From an uncultured Lentisphaerales bacterium (GTDB lineage Bacteria > Verrucomicrobiota > Lentisphaeria > JABSQK01 > UBA12247): a stretch of DNA of 64,000 nt. This document shows positions 38,755 to 47,998 of this stretch, in pieces. Where the stretch lies: NCBI GenBank assembly GCA_943788985.1, contig CALSSJ010000013.1, positions 32,001 to 96,000 of the forward strand. Direction: 5' to 3'. A model generated the notes under the pieces. That model ran no database searches and was not told where the DNA came from. It saw only the letters and a list, made by a program, of their open reading frames with translations. A program made the position numbers and the translations under genes. Numbering within the stretch: the stretch's first letter is position 1; the number at the start of each line of letters is the position of its first letter.

Positions 38755-39723
38755 ATGAGACACGATATGGGCAACTTGGACGAACGCCAGTCCGGTATTT
38801 TGAAGGCCATGGGCGAGGAAACGCGTTTGCGCATCCTCCGCCTCCTCCAGAAAGAGACACTGAACGTTAACGAACTGTGTGACATTCTAGACATGGCGCA
38901 ACCAAAGGTAAGTCGGCATTTATCGATCCTGCGCAACGTCAAGTTAGTCAAGGATCAGCGCGAGGGAAGTAGAGTCTACTACAGCCTCTCGCCAATGGAT
39001 GGCGAGATGAAGTGGATTGGGCGCTACATTCAAAATTTGGCCACAGGCAATCATCCTGATTTTGCCAGATTAAAGGCGGTGCTTGACCAGCGTGTTCGCC
39101 AGAGTGAAGAGTTTGCCCGCGAGAAATCCCATGTCTGGGATCGCGTTGGCGGTCAGATCCACAGTTCGACTGCCGCACTGCTGGCGTTGGCCTCTCTCGC
39201 GCCGCGAGGAATCACCATTGCTGATCTGGGCACAGGAACAGGCCTGATGCTTCCTGTACTATCCACGTTTGCAGAGAAGGTCTATGCCGTAGACCACTCC
39301 CCCGAGATGCTGGAGTATGCTAAGCAGCGGGCCCAACACACGGAGTTGACCAATGTCGAGTTTGTAAATTGCGATTTGGAGGATGTAGACCGCAGACTCC
39401 CGACACGCTGCGATTGCGCATTTCTCCACTTCGTCATGCACCAAGCCGCGCGTCCACCTGCTATTTTGGAGAAAGCGGCCGATATACTCAAGCCTGGTGG
39501 CCGCCTCGTGGTCGTCGACTATCTACCGCATCAGGATGACTCCGTGCGGGCAAAGTATGGCTCGCTCTGGCTGGGATTTGACCAAGAACGTGTCGAACGC
39601 TGGCTGGAAGATGCTGGCCTACAGCGCGAGACCTTTCAGATCCTGAAGAAGACCGGGCACGAAGAGCGCAAGAAAGACTCTCGAACGATCTTTATTGCCT
39701 GTGCCGTCCGCCCGACTTCCTGA
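38755..39723 (+). CDS. ArsR-family HTH fused to a SAM-dependent methyltransferase domain (SahR-like architecture)
   Basis: KAMGEETRLRIL, QPKVSRHL, REGSRVYY; ADLGTGTG, LKPGGRLVVVD and WLGF. Confidence 0.9.
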   Translation: MRHDMGNLDERQSGILKAMGEETRLRILRLLQKETLNVNELCDILDMAQPKVSRHLSILRNVKLVKDQREGSRVYYSLSPMDGEMKWIGRYIQNLATGNHPDFARLKAVLDQRVRQSEEFAREKSHVWDRVGGQIHSSTAALLALASLAPRGITIADLGTGTGLMLPVLSTFAEKVYAVDHSPEMLEYAKQRAQHTELTNVEFVNCDLEDVDRRLPTRCDCAFLHFVMHQAARPPAILEKAADILKPGGRLVVVDYLPHQDDSVRAKYGSLWLGFDQERVERWLEDAGLQRETFQILKKTGHEERKKDSRTIFIACAVRPTS

Positions 39724-39732
39724 CCCACCAGA

Positions 39733-40356
39733 CTAGAGCACCGAGAGTCTGCCGCTTAAGAAGGCTGCCTGCTGGGCCGCCAACTCTGGGGAGAAGTGGA
39801 CGCCGTCCCGAAAGCTCTCGTCGTTCAAATCCAAGGCTGCTGAGAATGTGAACAGATCCGCGGTTGGCACTGCGTGCAGTGCCGCTGCGGCATCCGCAAT
39901 TTCATTGTAGGCATCGACATCTGCTTCGACCCGGTCGAAGGGGAACTGACTGCGGTGCCGCACCTCGTCCACAGGCGTTGTGCGCACCCAAAGGACACGG
40001 TCGGCTAGGCGCTTGGCCAACGGAAAAATCTTCTCCAGATTCGCCTGATAGTGTCGCAGCGAAACCTGATTCTTTCCGCTCTCGCGGTCACATTTCAAGT
40101 CATGCAGCCCGCAGTTTAGTGCTAGGATGCTTGCTGAGAAGTCTCCGGTCTCATGCAAAGCTTGCAAATATTGCAGAAGACGAAAACTGTCGCCACCGTT
40201 CGGTCCGGCTGGGTGGCCTGCATCGTGCAAGGCTGCTTCCATCCCGGTCTTGCGAGCATAGCGAATCGTGGGAGCAATCATTTGCTCCAAATACGTCCCA
40301 TAGCCGATCGAGATGCTGTCGCCGACCACAAAGAGAAGCGGTTTATTAGTGGTCAT
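39733..40356 (-). CDS. SGNH/GDSL hydrolase
   Basis: VGDSISIGY, NGGDS, NCGLHD and DGVHF. Confidence 0.9.
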   Translation of the reverse strand: MTTNKPLLFVVGDSISIGYGTYLEQMIAPTIRYARKTGMEAALHDAGHPAGPNGGDSFRLLQYLQALHETGDFSASILALNCGLHDLKCDRESGKNQVSLRHYQANLEKIFPLAKRLADRVLWVRTTPVDEVRHRSQFPFDRVEADVDAYNEIADAAAALHAVPTADLFTFSAALDLNDESFRDGVHFSPELAAQQAAFLSGRLSVL

Positions 40357-40438
40357 TGCGGGTCCTGATTGTCGCTGAATAAAAGCTGGGTAAGGTACAC
40401 GACTACCTCCAACAAAGCGAGTTACGAACAACTGCTAT

Positions 40439-42409
40439 ATGCCTAGAAGAGAAAAACGAGCCAGCAGAAAGGACGCAGCCTTGACGCCGCACCGGACATC
40501 ACTCGTAGCGCTCTGTTGCCTTTTCGCCCTGACGGTTTTGGTTTACGGCAGTATTTGGCAGGCAGAGTTTGTCAGCTTCGATGACCCACAACTGATACTC
40601 GAGAACCCGCAGTTACGGGATCTTTCTCCAGCTGGTCTCGTTGCCATCTTCACGCCGCGTCCCGGCGCATCGTATCAGCCGTTGCGTGTCCTTAGCTACG
40701 GGATCGACTGGAAACTCTTCGGCACATCGGCAACTGGCTACCACGCGCATAACCTCCTTCTTCATCTGCTGGCAGCGTGCTGTTTCTTCTTGTTTCTGCA
40801 GCAGTTGCTCGCGGATCGTGACCGGGAAATGCGGGTGACTATCGGACTCTTCGCGACCGCCCTGTTTCTCCTGCACCCGGTCCAGGTGGAATCCGTCGCC
40901 TGGGCTTCCTCTCGGAAATATGGCCTGCTCGTCGTTTGCGTCCTCGGCTCCTGCTACTGCCTGCTGCGCTGGGTTCGGAGCAAACACTGGCCGTGGTATG
41001 TAGCGTCACTTGCATTGGCCATCGCGTCCGCGGGTGCCAGCCCGTTCGGGACCACGATGGTCGCTGTGGTCTGGGCAATACTTGCCATGCAGCCTGGTCT
41101 ATCATGGCGCAAGACATTCTTGGGCGCCCTCCCCTTCTCGATCTGTATGGTCGCTGCTCTGCCCCTGTTCATGACATCCGAAGCCACAGCGGCAGATCAG
41201 GACCTGTCGGTGATCAAAGGGAGCAGTGTAACGAATTGCGGGCTGGGGCTACGTACCTTTGCCATGCTTGGGACCTACGTGCGAAGCCTGGGGATGCCGG
41301 CCTGGCTGAATGCGCGCTATGTTGATGTGGTCCAGATCTCGTGGACATTCCCCTTGCTCTGGCTGGGCGCAGTCGCGGCCTGCGGACTTATAGCGCTCAC
41401 CATCGTCTGCTGGCGAAAGGGGGAGCGCCTTCCGGCTTTCTGCCTCTTCTGGATCACCGCCACTGGCGCGCCTGTTTCGGGGCTGGTGCCAATCTCTACC
41501 CTGGTCGCTGATCGCTACGTCTATCTTCCTGGAGTCGGTGTCTGGCTCCTGGTCGGTTATGGCTTGGCGCGGGCGGTAAGGCCGCCAACCAGCCGGCTCA
41601 TCGTCCTAGCTCTCCTAGCCTGTATCCTGGCAGTGCCGACTCGTAGTCGAACGCAGGTCTGGCAGAACAGTATCGCCCTCTGGGAAGACTGCGTGCGTAA
41701 GGATGCCCGCAATCACCGCGCCCATTCCAGCCTGGCTACGGAGTACGGCAGCATCGGCAGAACAGAGCTGGCACTGGAGCATTTCCAAAAAGCGATCCAA
41801 CTCAATGACCACGATGCGTTCTCCTACTACAACCTTGGACTGTTGCTGGCCCAATTGGGAAGAGATGCAGAGGCACAGCTGCAATTCTCACATGCCCTCA
41901 AGCTCAAGCCCAACCACTCTGACGTGCTGAATAACCTCGGCGTGACTCACCTGCGCCTGGGCCAGCTGGACCAAGCCAGGCAGCTCTTCCTGCGTGCCAC
42001 AGAACAGGAGGCCCAACTCGCCCTGCCCCACATCCACCTTGGCGGAATCCTCGCCACCAAGGGTGACTTCACCGGCGCAGCTGCCCACTACCAAACTGCG
42101 CTCTCGCTCGAACCCGGATCACTCAAGGCACTTGATGGCGTTGCCCGGCTCGCCCAGACGCAAGGGAACCATGAAGATGCCATCGAGCCGTTGCGCAGCA
42201 TTCTACGAGAACGCCCGAACCATGCGCCAGCTCACAACTCGCTAGGGAACGTACTCATGCAACTTGGCCGCTACCGCGAAGCGGCCGAGTGTTACCAAGC
42301 TGCGGCCACGCTCCGGCCCGATCTTGCCGGGCTGCGCCAGAACCTGGAGAAAGCCCGGGCCATGGCAGAATCGCCAGGACCCGACACGAATATCCAATTG
42401 CCAAATTAA
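40439..42409 (+). CDS. TMTC-like GT-C membrane protein with C-terminal TPRs
   Basis: FVSFDD, YQPL, HPVQVESVAW, ADRYVYLP and WQNSIALW, then about 6 TPRs. Confidence 0.88.
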   Translation: MPRREKRASRKDAALTPHRTSLVALCCLFALTVLVYGSIWQAEFVSFDDPQLILENPQLRDLSPAGLVAIFTPRPGASYQPLRVLSYGIDWKLFGTSATGYHAHNLLLHLLAACCFFLFLQQLLADRDREMRVTIGLFATALFLLHPVQVESVAWASSRKYGLLVVCVLGSCYCLLRWVRSKHWPWYVASLALAIASAGASPFGTTMVAVVWAILAMQPGLSWRKTFLGALPFSICMVAALPLFMTSEATAADQDLSVIKGSSVTNCGLGLRTFAMLGTYVRSLGMPAWLNARYVDVVQISWTFPLLWLGAVAACGLIALTIVCWRKGERLPAFCLFWITATGAPVSGLVPISTLVADRYVYLPGVGVWLLVGYGLARAVRPPTSRLIVLALLACILAVPTRSRTQVWQNSIALWEDCVRKDARNHRAHSSLATEYGSIGRTELALEHFQKAIQLNDHDAFSYYNLGLLLAQLGRDAEAQLQFSHALKLKPNHSDVLNNLGVTHLRLGQLDQARQLFLRATEQEAQLALPHIHLGGILATKGDFTGAAAHYQTALSLEPGSLKALDGVARLAQTQGNHEDAIEPLRSILRERPNHAPAHNSLGNVLMQLGRYREAAECYQAAATLRPDLAGLRQNLEKARAMAESPGPDTNIQLPN

Positions 42410-42520
42410 AAAGATCAAGACTGTGGCGCACGCACTCCACAGCAACCCACGTTTTCCATTCGCAAGTTCCGGAATACGTAACCGACCGTCTTAATTTGAT
42501 GCTTGGACATTCAGTCTTGA

Positions 42521-43954
42521 TCAGACTGGGAGATCCGTAGGTTGCCGCCCAGCAGGTAGGACCACGTGAAAGATGGCCCCCCCACCATCCCCGTTTGACT
42601 CCACGTAGATTCGCCCATTATGCCGGTCCACGATTCGGCGGCAGACAGCCAGGCCAATTCCCGTTCCATCATAGTCTTCAGCCGCATGCAAGCGTTGGAA
42701 CACGGCAAAAATTCGAGTCGCGTGCGCATCGGCAATGCCAATGCCGTTGTCCCGGACTTGGATATCCCAGTCGTCACCGCAGGCCGTCGCCGTGATGTGT
42801 ACGCGGGGCTTACGCTCATCACGAAACTTGATGCCGTTGCCGATCAAGTTCTGGAACAACTGGACAAGCTGCGTTCGATCTCCATAAATCTCCGGCAACT
42901 CGCCAGTCGTCACCTCTGCGCCAGCCTCCGCGATCGCCGTCTGCAAATTCGCGACGGCATGGTCGATCACCTCAGCGCACTTCAACTGGCGGCAGGCGTG
43001 TGTTGCCGTCGAAAGTTTTGAATATTCAAGCAAGTCTCGAATCAGCGTCTGCATGCGCGCAGCGCCGTCCACCGCAAAGTGTAGGTATTCGCGGCAGCGG
43101 TCATCAAGCTGATCGCTGGCGCGACGCTCCAACAATTGCAGGAAGCTCTTAATCGTCCGCGTCGGCTCGCTAAGGTCATGGCTCGCGATCGACGCATATT
43201 CCTCCAACTCCCGGTTCGACTGCTTCAACGCCCGGTGCGACGTCTGCAGTCGCGAAGTCATTTCGTCAAAGCTCGCAGCCAGCTCGCCGAACTCGTCTGG
43301 GCTGACCATATCCACCCTGTGATCCAAGTCGCCATCGGCAACCACCCGCATGCCACGATGTAGCGCTTCCAACCGAATCACCACCGTGTTTCTCAGCCAC
43401 AGCGCGCTCCAGGCAATCACGCCCACCAGCGCCGCCACGGACAGCAACATCAGCATAATGAAACGCCGCGTTACCTGCAGTTGACGGCGACTCTCGATCG
43501 TGGATAGCGTAAGCGCATTCCGCACTAGGTTCTCGCTGTCAGTCAGGAAGTAAATGACTAATGTCCTGCGTTCAAATTCCTGACCGCGACTCTGCTCACT
43601 AAAGACCCCCAGCGCCATCAGTTCATCAAACAAGATCGACAGTTGATTCAGAGCCTCGACTGCGTTATCCAGCACCTGCTGTTCATAGCGACTCCTGGGG
43701 CCGTAGCTTTTTAGCAGCCGCTCCAGATCGCCTGATGTCTGCGTCCATGTTTCCCGCGAGACAATCTGCGAACGCGAGTACTCGTAGACGATATTATTGA
43801 GCGCGAAGACCGCGTTTACGATCTTGTTTGTCGTCTGATTCGCAACCGCCTCGCGGCGTAGCTGGCGCAGGGTGACAATCCCAGCGACCAGTGAAAGAGA
43901 AATTGCCACGAGAACAGGGACTAGATAGAACTTGTAGCGATCGCGGATTCGCAT
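42521..43954 (-). CDS. Membrane sensor histidine kinase (HAMP-HisKA-HATPase)
   Basis: Two TMs, DEFGELA HAMP, SHDLSEP H-box, NLIGNGIKF, DNGIGI and GTGIGL. Confidence 0.95.
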   Translation of the reverse strand: MRIRDRYKFYLVPVLVAISLSLVAGIVTLRQLRREAVANQTTNKIVNAVFALNNIVYEYSRSQIVSRETWTQTSGDLERLLKSYGPRSRYEQQVLDNAVEALNQLSILFDELMALGVFSEQSRGQEFERRTLVIYFLTDSENLVRNALTLSTIESRRQLQVTRRFIMLMLLSVAALVGVIAWSALWLRNTVVIRLEALHRGMRVVADGDLDHRVDMVSPDEFGELAASFDEMTSRLQTSHRALKQSNRELEEYASIASHDLSEPTRTIKSFLQLLERRASDQLDDRCREYLHFAVDGAARMQTLIRDLLEYSKLSTATHACRQLKCAEVIDHAVANLQTAIAEAGAEVTTGELPEIYGDRTQLVQLFQNLIGNGIKFRDERKPRVHITATACGDDWDIQVRDNGIGIADAHATRIFAVFQRLHAAEDYDGTGIGLAVCRRIVDRHNGRIYVESNGDGGGAIFHVVLPAGRQPTDLPV

Positions 43955-43957
43955 GAT

Positions 43958-44734
43958 TTAGCTTGGATAATTCATGCTATTGCTGCAGCGACTGCGACAC
44001 CCTGCGTGCCACGGGCCCTCGAGGTCCTCAGGGGTGTCGACTCCCTGGACCGATTGCTCAGCCACCAGCACGCGAATGCGCGCGCCGTGCTCCAGCGCAC
44101 GTAGCTGCTCCAGCTTCTCACAACGCTCCAGCGCCGTCGGTGCCCAGCTTACAAACCGCTTCAGAAATTCCCGACGATAGGCGTAGATCCCCCAATGATG
44201 TAGCGGTGCCACTTGGGCATCGCCATCACGACAGAATGGGATCGCGGCCCTGCTAAAATAGAGGGCCTGCTGCTCCTGCCCAAGCACGACTTTCACTGCG
44301 TTCGCATCCGCTGGATCTGCACCAGAGATTGAAAACGGCACTGCCGCTGTAGCCATGTCCGTGTTTGTATCTGTTGCCACCAGCGCGACCAAACGGTCGA
44401 TCACCGCAGGCGGAATCAACGGCTCATCTCCTTGGACGTTCACCACCACATCCACGCCTCGGGCAAGTGCGACCTCTGCGATTCTATCGGTGCCAGTCTC
44501 ATGATCCGCACGGGTCATGATCACCTCCCCGCCAAATGCCTGCACAGCCTTGATAATCCTGGCATCGTCCGTTGCCACCACCACGTCATTGACGCCGCTC
44601 GCAGCGGCTGCCTCATAGGTCCACTGAATCAATGGCCTTCCACAGAGATCAGCAAGCGGCTTGCCCGGAAACCTAGTACTGGCAAACCGGGCAGGAATGA
44701 CCGCCAGTGTGCGGAGTTCGCAGCTGCTTCCCAT
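43958..44734 (-). CDS. kdsB: 3-deoxy-manno-octulosonate cytidylyltransferase (true stop probably at 43977 after correcting run-length frameshifts)
   Basis: IPARFASTRFPGKPL, VATDD, GTDRIAE, NVQGDEP, ALYFSR, EKLEQLRALE and VDTPEDL. Confidence 0.96.
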   Translation of the reverse strand: MGSSCELRTLAVIPARFASTRFPGKPLADLCGRPLIQWTYEAAAASGVNDVVVATDDARIIKAVQAFGGEVIMTRADHETGTDRIAEVALARGVDVVVNVQGDEPLIPPAVIDRLVALVATDTNTDMATAAVPFSISGADPADANAVKVVLGQEQQALYFSRAAIPFCRDGDAQVAPLHHWGIYAYRREFLKRFVSWAPTALERCEKLEQLRALEHGARIRVLVAEQSVQGVDTPEDLEGPWHAGCRSRCSNSMNYPS

Positions 44735-44736
44735 AA

Positions 44737-46681
44737 TCAGGGCTGCAGATGCTGCATCAGGTTCTTATGCACTCGCAGTAGCTCCGAGACGCTCCAAGCC
44801 TGCGTAATGCAGCCGTTAGGATGTTGCGGTGCGGTCGCGTCGAAAATCTCAGAAATGCCACCAATCCCTGCCTGCCGCACGTGTTCGTCCCACAATGGCC
44901 GGAGGTAGTCCATCAGTTCTGCCGCGCGATGCTCCGGATCCCTAGAGAGCGCCAGTTCGGCATCCACGTAGGCACCGATTAGCCATGGCCAGACAGTCCC
45001 CTGGTGATACGCAGAGTCGCGCTGGTCCGAATCGCCCGAGTAACGCGCGCAAAAACCGGGATCCTTGGGCGCCAATGTTCGCAGTCCGAACGGCGTGAGC
45101 AGGTTGTCGCGCACGGCGCGCAACGCGCGTTCCCCCAGCTCGTCTGGGAAAGCGCGATAGGGCAATGCCAGCGCGAAAACCTGATTAGGCCGCAGCAGGC
45201 CGTTCTGGCCGTGCTCGTTTACGACATCGGCAAAGTGCCCGGCACTTTCCATCCAAAACGTGCGGACGAATCGACCTTGCAGCTGTTCGCGCACTTCGCC
45301 CATCCGTGGGTCGGCCGCGGGATGCCCACTCTGGGCCAGCTCATCGCGGAAGCAAAGGGCATTGAACCAAAGTGCATTCAGCTCGATCGCAAATCCGTGG
45401 CGCGGCGTAACCGGGCGCCCGTAGGCGTTCGCGTCCATCCACGTCAATTGTGTGTCCACCGAGCCCGCCCAAATGGCGCCGCTCTCCAAATGAGCATACG
45501 GAACTAGGTCGTCGAGGTAGGCTTTAATGATGCTGCTCAATGCCCGCACGAGCGTAGCTGGCACCTGTGCTGGGCCGACGACCTGTGCATAGAGCTGAAG
45601 CGCCCGTGTGAACCATAGCGATGCGTCAATGGAATTGTACGAATGGCTGTCGTTGCTGGTAGCAGCCAGGTAGTTCGGGATCAGCCCATCCTTCTCATGC
45701 AAGGCGTACGTCTCGAGAATCTCACGAGCCAGCTCTGGCAAATCGCGCGCCAAGGTGAGGCCCGGAAGGGCAATCATCGCATCACGGCCCCATTCGCCAA
45801 ACCAGTGATAGCCAGCAATAATCGAACGTTCGTTCCGACCGTTGGTGACAATAAAATCATCGGCCTTGGCTGCAAGGAGTTCGATCGGATTCCCATTCAC
45901 CCGATGGTTCGGGGAGGCGAGCGCCCAGGCAGCAGCTGGCGTATCCTTGGGGTTTTCAATCGTGAACCGGACCACGTTTGCATCACTGGCGGTCTGCCGC
46001 CAGCTAAACGTCCCGGGCGTAGGCAGGTCTTCGTGATGGTCGAAGCCGCGGTCGCGTTCCCAGCCGTATTCGTTGTTGTAGTACCACGCCGCGCCTTCCT
46101 GGAAATCCAGCGGAATTGCCGCATCGATCAGCATCCGCGGCAACCCAGGATAGGGACTCAGCGTCGCGCGGCCCCTCGCTTAGCTGCACACTAAGGTCGA
46201 TGGTGTCATTGCGCTTGGTCAGGCAATGCATCGAGCGATACCCCGTGAACGGCCGCATTGAAAAGGAAACCTGCTGCGAGCCTCGCACCGCAAAACGTAC
46301 TAGCGTTGTTGCCTGGTCTCGCGGCATCAAAAATGATTGCGTGATCTCGACCGGTCCGCAAGAATGGGTAATGGAAGGCACCGGGTCACACTCCACCGTT
46401 TTGATCAGAGCATGCCCACGGGGCGCAATCGCACCGGGATAGCACGCTGTGCCCAATTCATAGACTTGGCCATCGACAGTGGCTGTGACCTCAAGGCGGT
46501 TCAGAAATACGAGCTTGCCAGCATCTGGCAGCGCAGCCACCAACAAGCCGTGATACTTCCGCGTGTTGCAACCAGCCACTGTGGTCGACGCATAGCCGCC
46601 ACGTCCGTTCGTCAGAATCCACTCCTGAGAGAATAGCGCACTTTCGCGTTCATTTTCTTGGGTAGGAACAGTCAGAATCAT
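44737..46681 (-). CDS. Glycogen debranching enzyme (GDE_N + amylo-alpha-1,6-glucosidase), frameshift at about 46170
   Basis: EWILTNGRGGYAS, TRKYHGLL; IAGYHWFGEWGRD, TWMDA, RPNQ, AYHQGTVWPWL and QAWSVSE. Confidence 0.9.
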
Positions 46682-46856
46682 GAGTCAAACCTTGCTTCAA
46701 GCATACGTTCAATAAGGGGGCAGTCTGCTGAACTCACAGCCGGCGCAAAAATTGCCACCAGTTGCGCAGCCACAGCAATTACGGCAGGCGTCCATCAGGC
46801 CGCCTGATTAACTACGGTTGGCGCAATCTATCGGAAGCGTACCGGAGCGCAAGACG

Positions 46857-47955
46857 CTACTCGCAGCGCTGTAACAGTTCATCTATGTCTACGTTCTCCC
46901 GGCACAACTGCTGGGAGAGCTTAATTTTTGCCTTGTCGGTCACTTGTATCTTCACCAACAAGTCGTGAACCTGCGAGGCTGTCTGAAAGGTATCTAGTTT
47001 GGTCATCAGCACGGGGACGTTCGATTTCCTTACCACCTGCGTCACGAAACGGCCGGGCTTGTGGTCACCCGTCACGACCAGGCACGAGATCCGCTTCTGC
47101 CGGTTCGCATCCGCCAAGTTCCAACTCAACGCAGCCAAGATGATGTCCTCGCGGTCTCCAGGCGTGATCACCAGAGTTTTGCGTTTGATGTGTGACAGGA
47201 AGTGCGCCACCGACATAGCACCCACAATCGCGTTCTCCGCATAGTCCTGGGCATGATCCTCGCCGGCTAGGTATTCGGCCTTCAGAACATCCTTCACCTG
47301 GGTGATTGATGGCGCACCCAACGCTGGGCGAAACGGCAACACGCCTAGCAGCGGCAGCCCAATACGATCCAGCCCACGCCGTACGTAATCCGATACCTCA
47401 TCGTACTTGTCTTGGAATACCTTATTCAGGATGACACCCACCACCGGGACACCCACCGCGTCAAACAGCGCCTTATTCAGATTCAACTGGTCAATCGCGC
47501 GCCCAATTCCCCCGTCTGTCACCAGCACGACCTTGCTGCCCAGCATGCGCGCGACATCCGCATTCGAGGTCTCAAACACAGAGCCCACACCCGCGTGCCC
47601 GGTTCCCTCGATCAGGACAAAATCTCGGTCCGCCTCAATTCGCTCATACGCTTCCGTGATTTCCCGATGAATGCGGTTGCTGTCGCCGCCGTCGATATGC
47701 TCACGCGTGAACCCACTGGGGACCGACACCGGATTCATATCCTGCAACTCACACCCCGGCTTGTAGGTCTGATGAATCAGCCACGAGTCCTCATCGATCA
47801 TCGAGCCTTGGCGCCGCACATAGCGCTGGGCCGACAGGCTTTATAAAGCCCACATGGAAGTCTCGCGACCGTAGCCGATCGAACAAGCCTAGGCAATTGG
47901 TCGTCTTTCCTACGTTCTGGCCAGTCGCAGCCACAAACACGTTCTTAGCTCGCAT
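46857..47955 (-). CDS. BioD-like P-loop + DRTGG domain protein (phosphotransacetylase N-terminal-like), frameshift at about 47830
   Basis: ATGQNVGKTT, GFIKPVG/QRY, IEGTGHAGVGS and ITPGDREDII. Confidence 0.88.
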
Positions 47956-47998
47956 ACCCTTATTTCCTCTTCGCTGTGTTCTGGCCCGCCTGGGACTC

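Noticed and set aside
18600..47835. Programmed frameshifting or pseudogenisation of the kinase-LRR gene (about 18603-18625), kdsB (about 44015), GDE (about 46170) and the DRTGG protein (about 47830)
   Set aside because: Each is fixed by removing single bases from 3-5 nt G/C runs and the genes are otherwise intact, which points to homopolymer sequencing error. Needs a read check.
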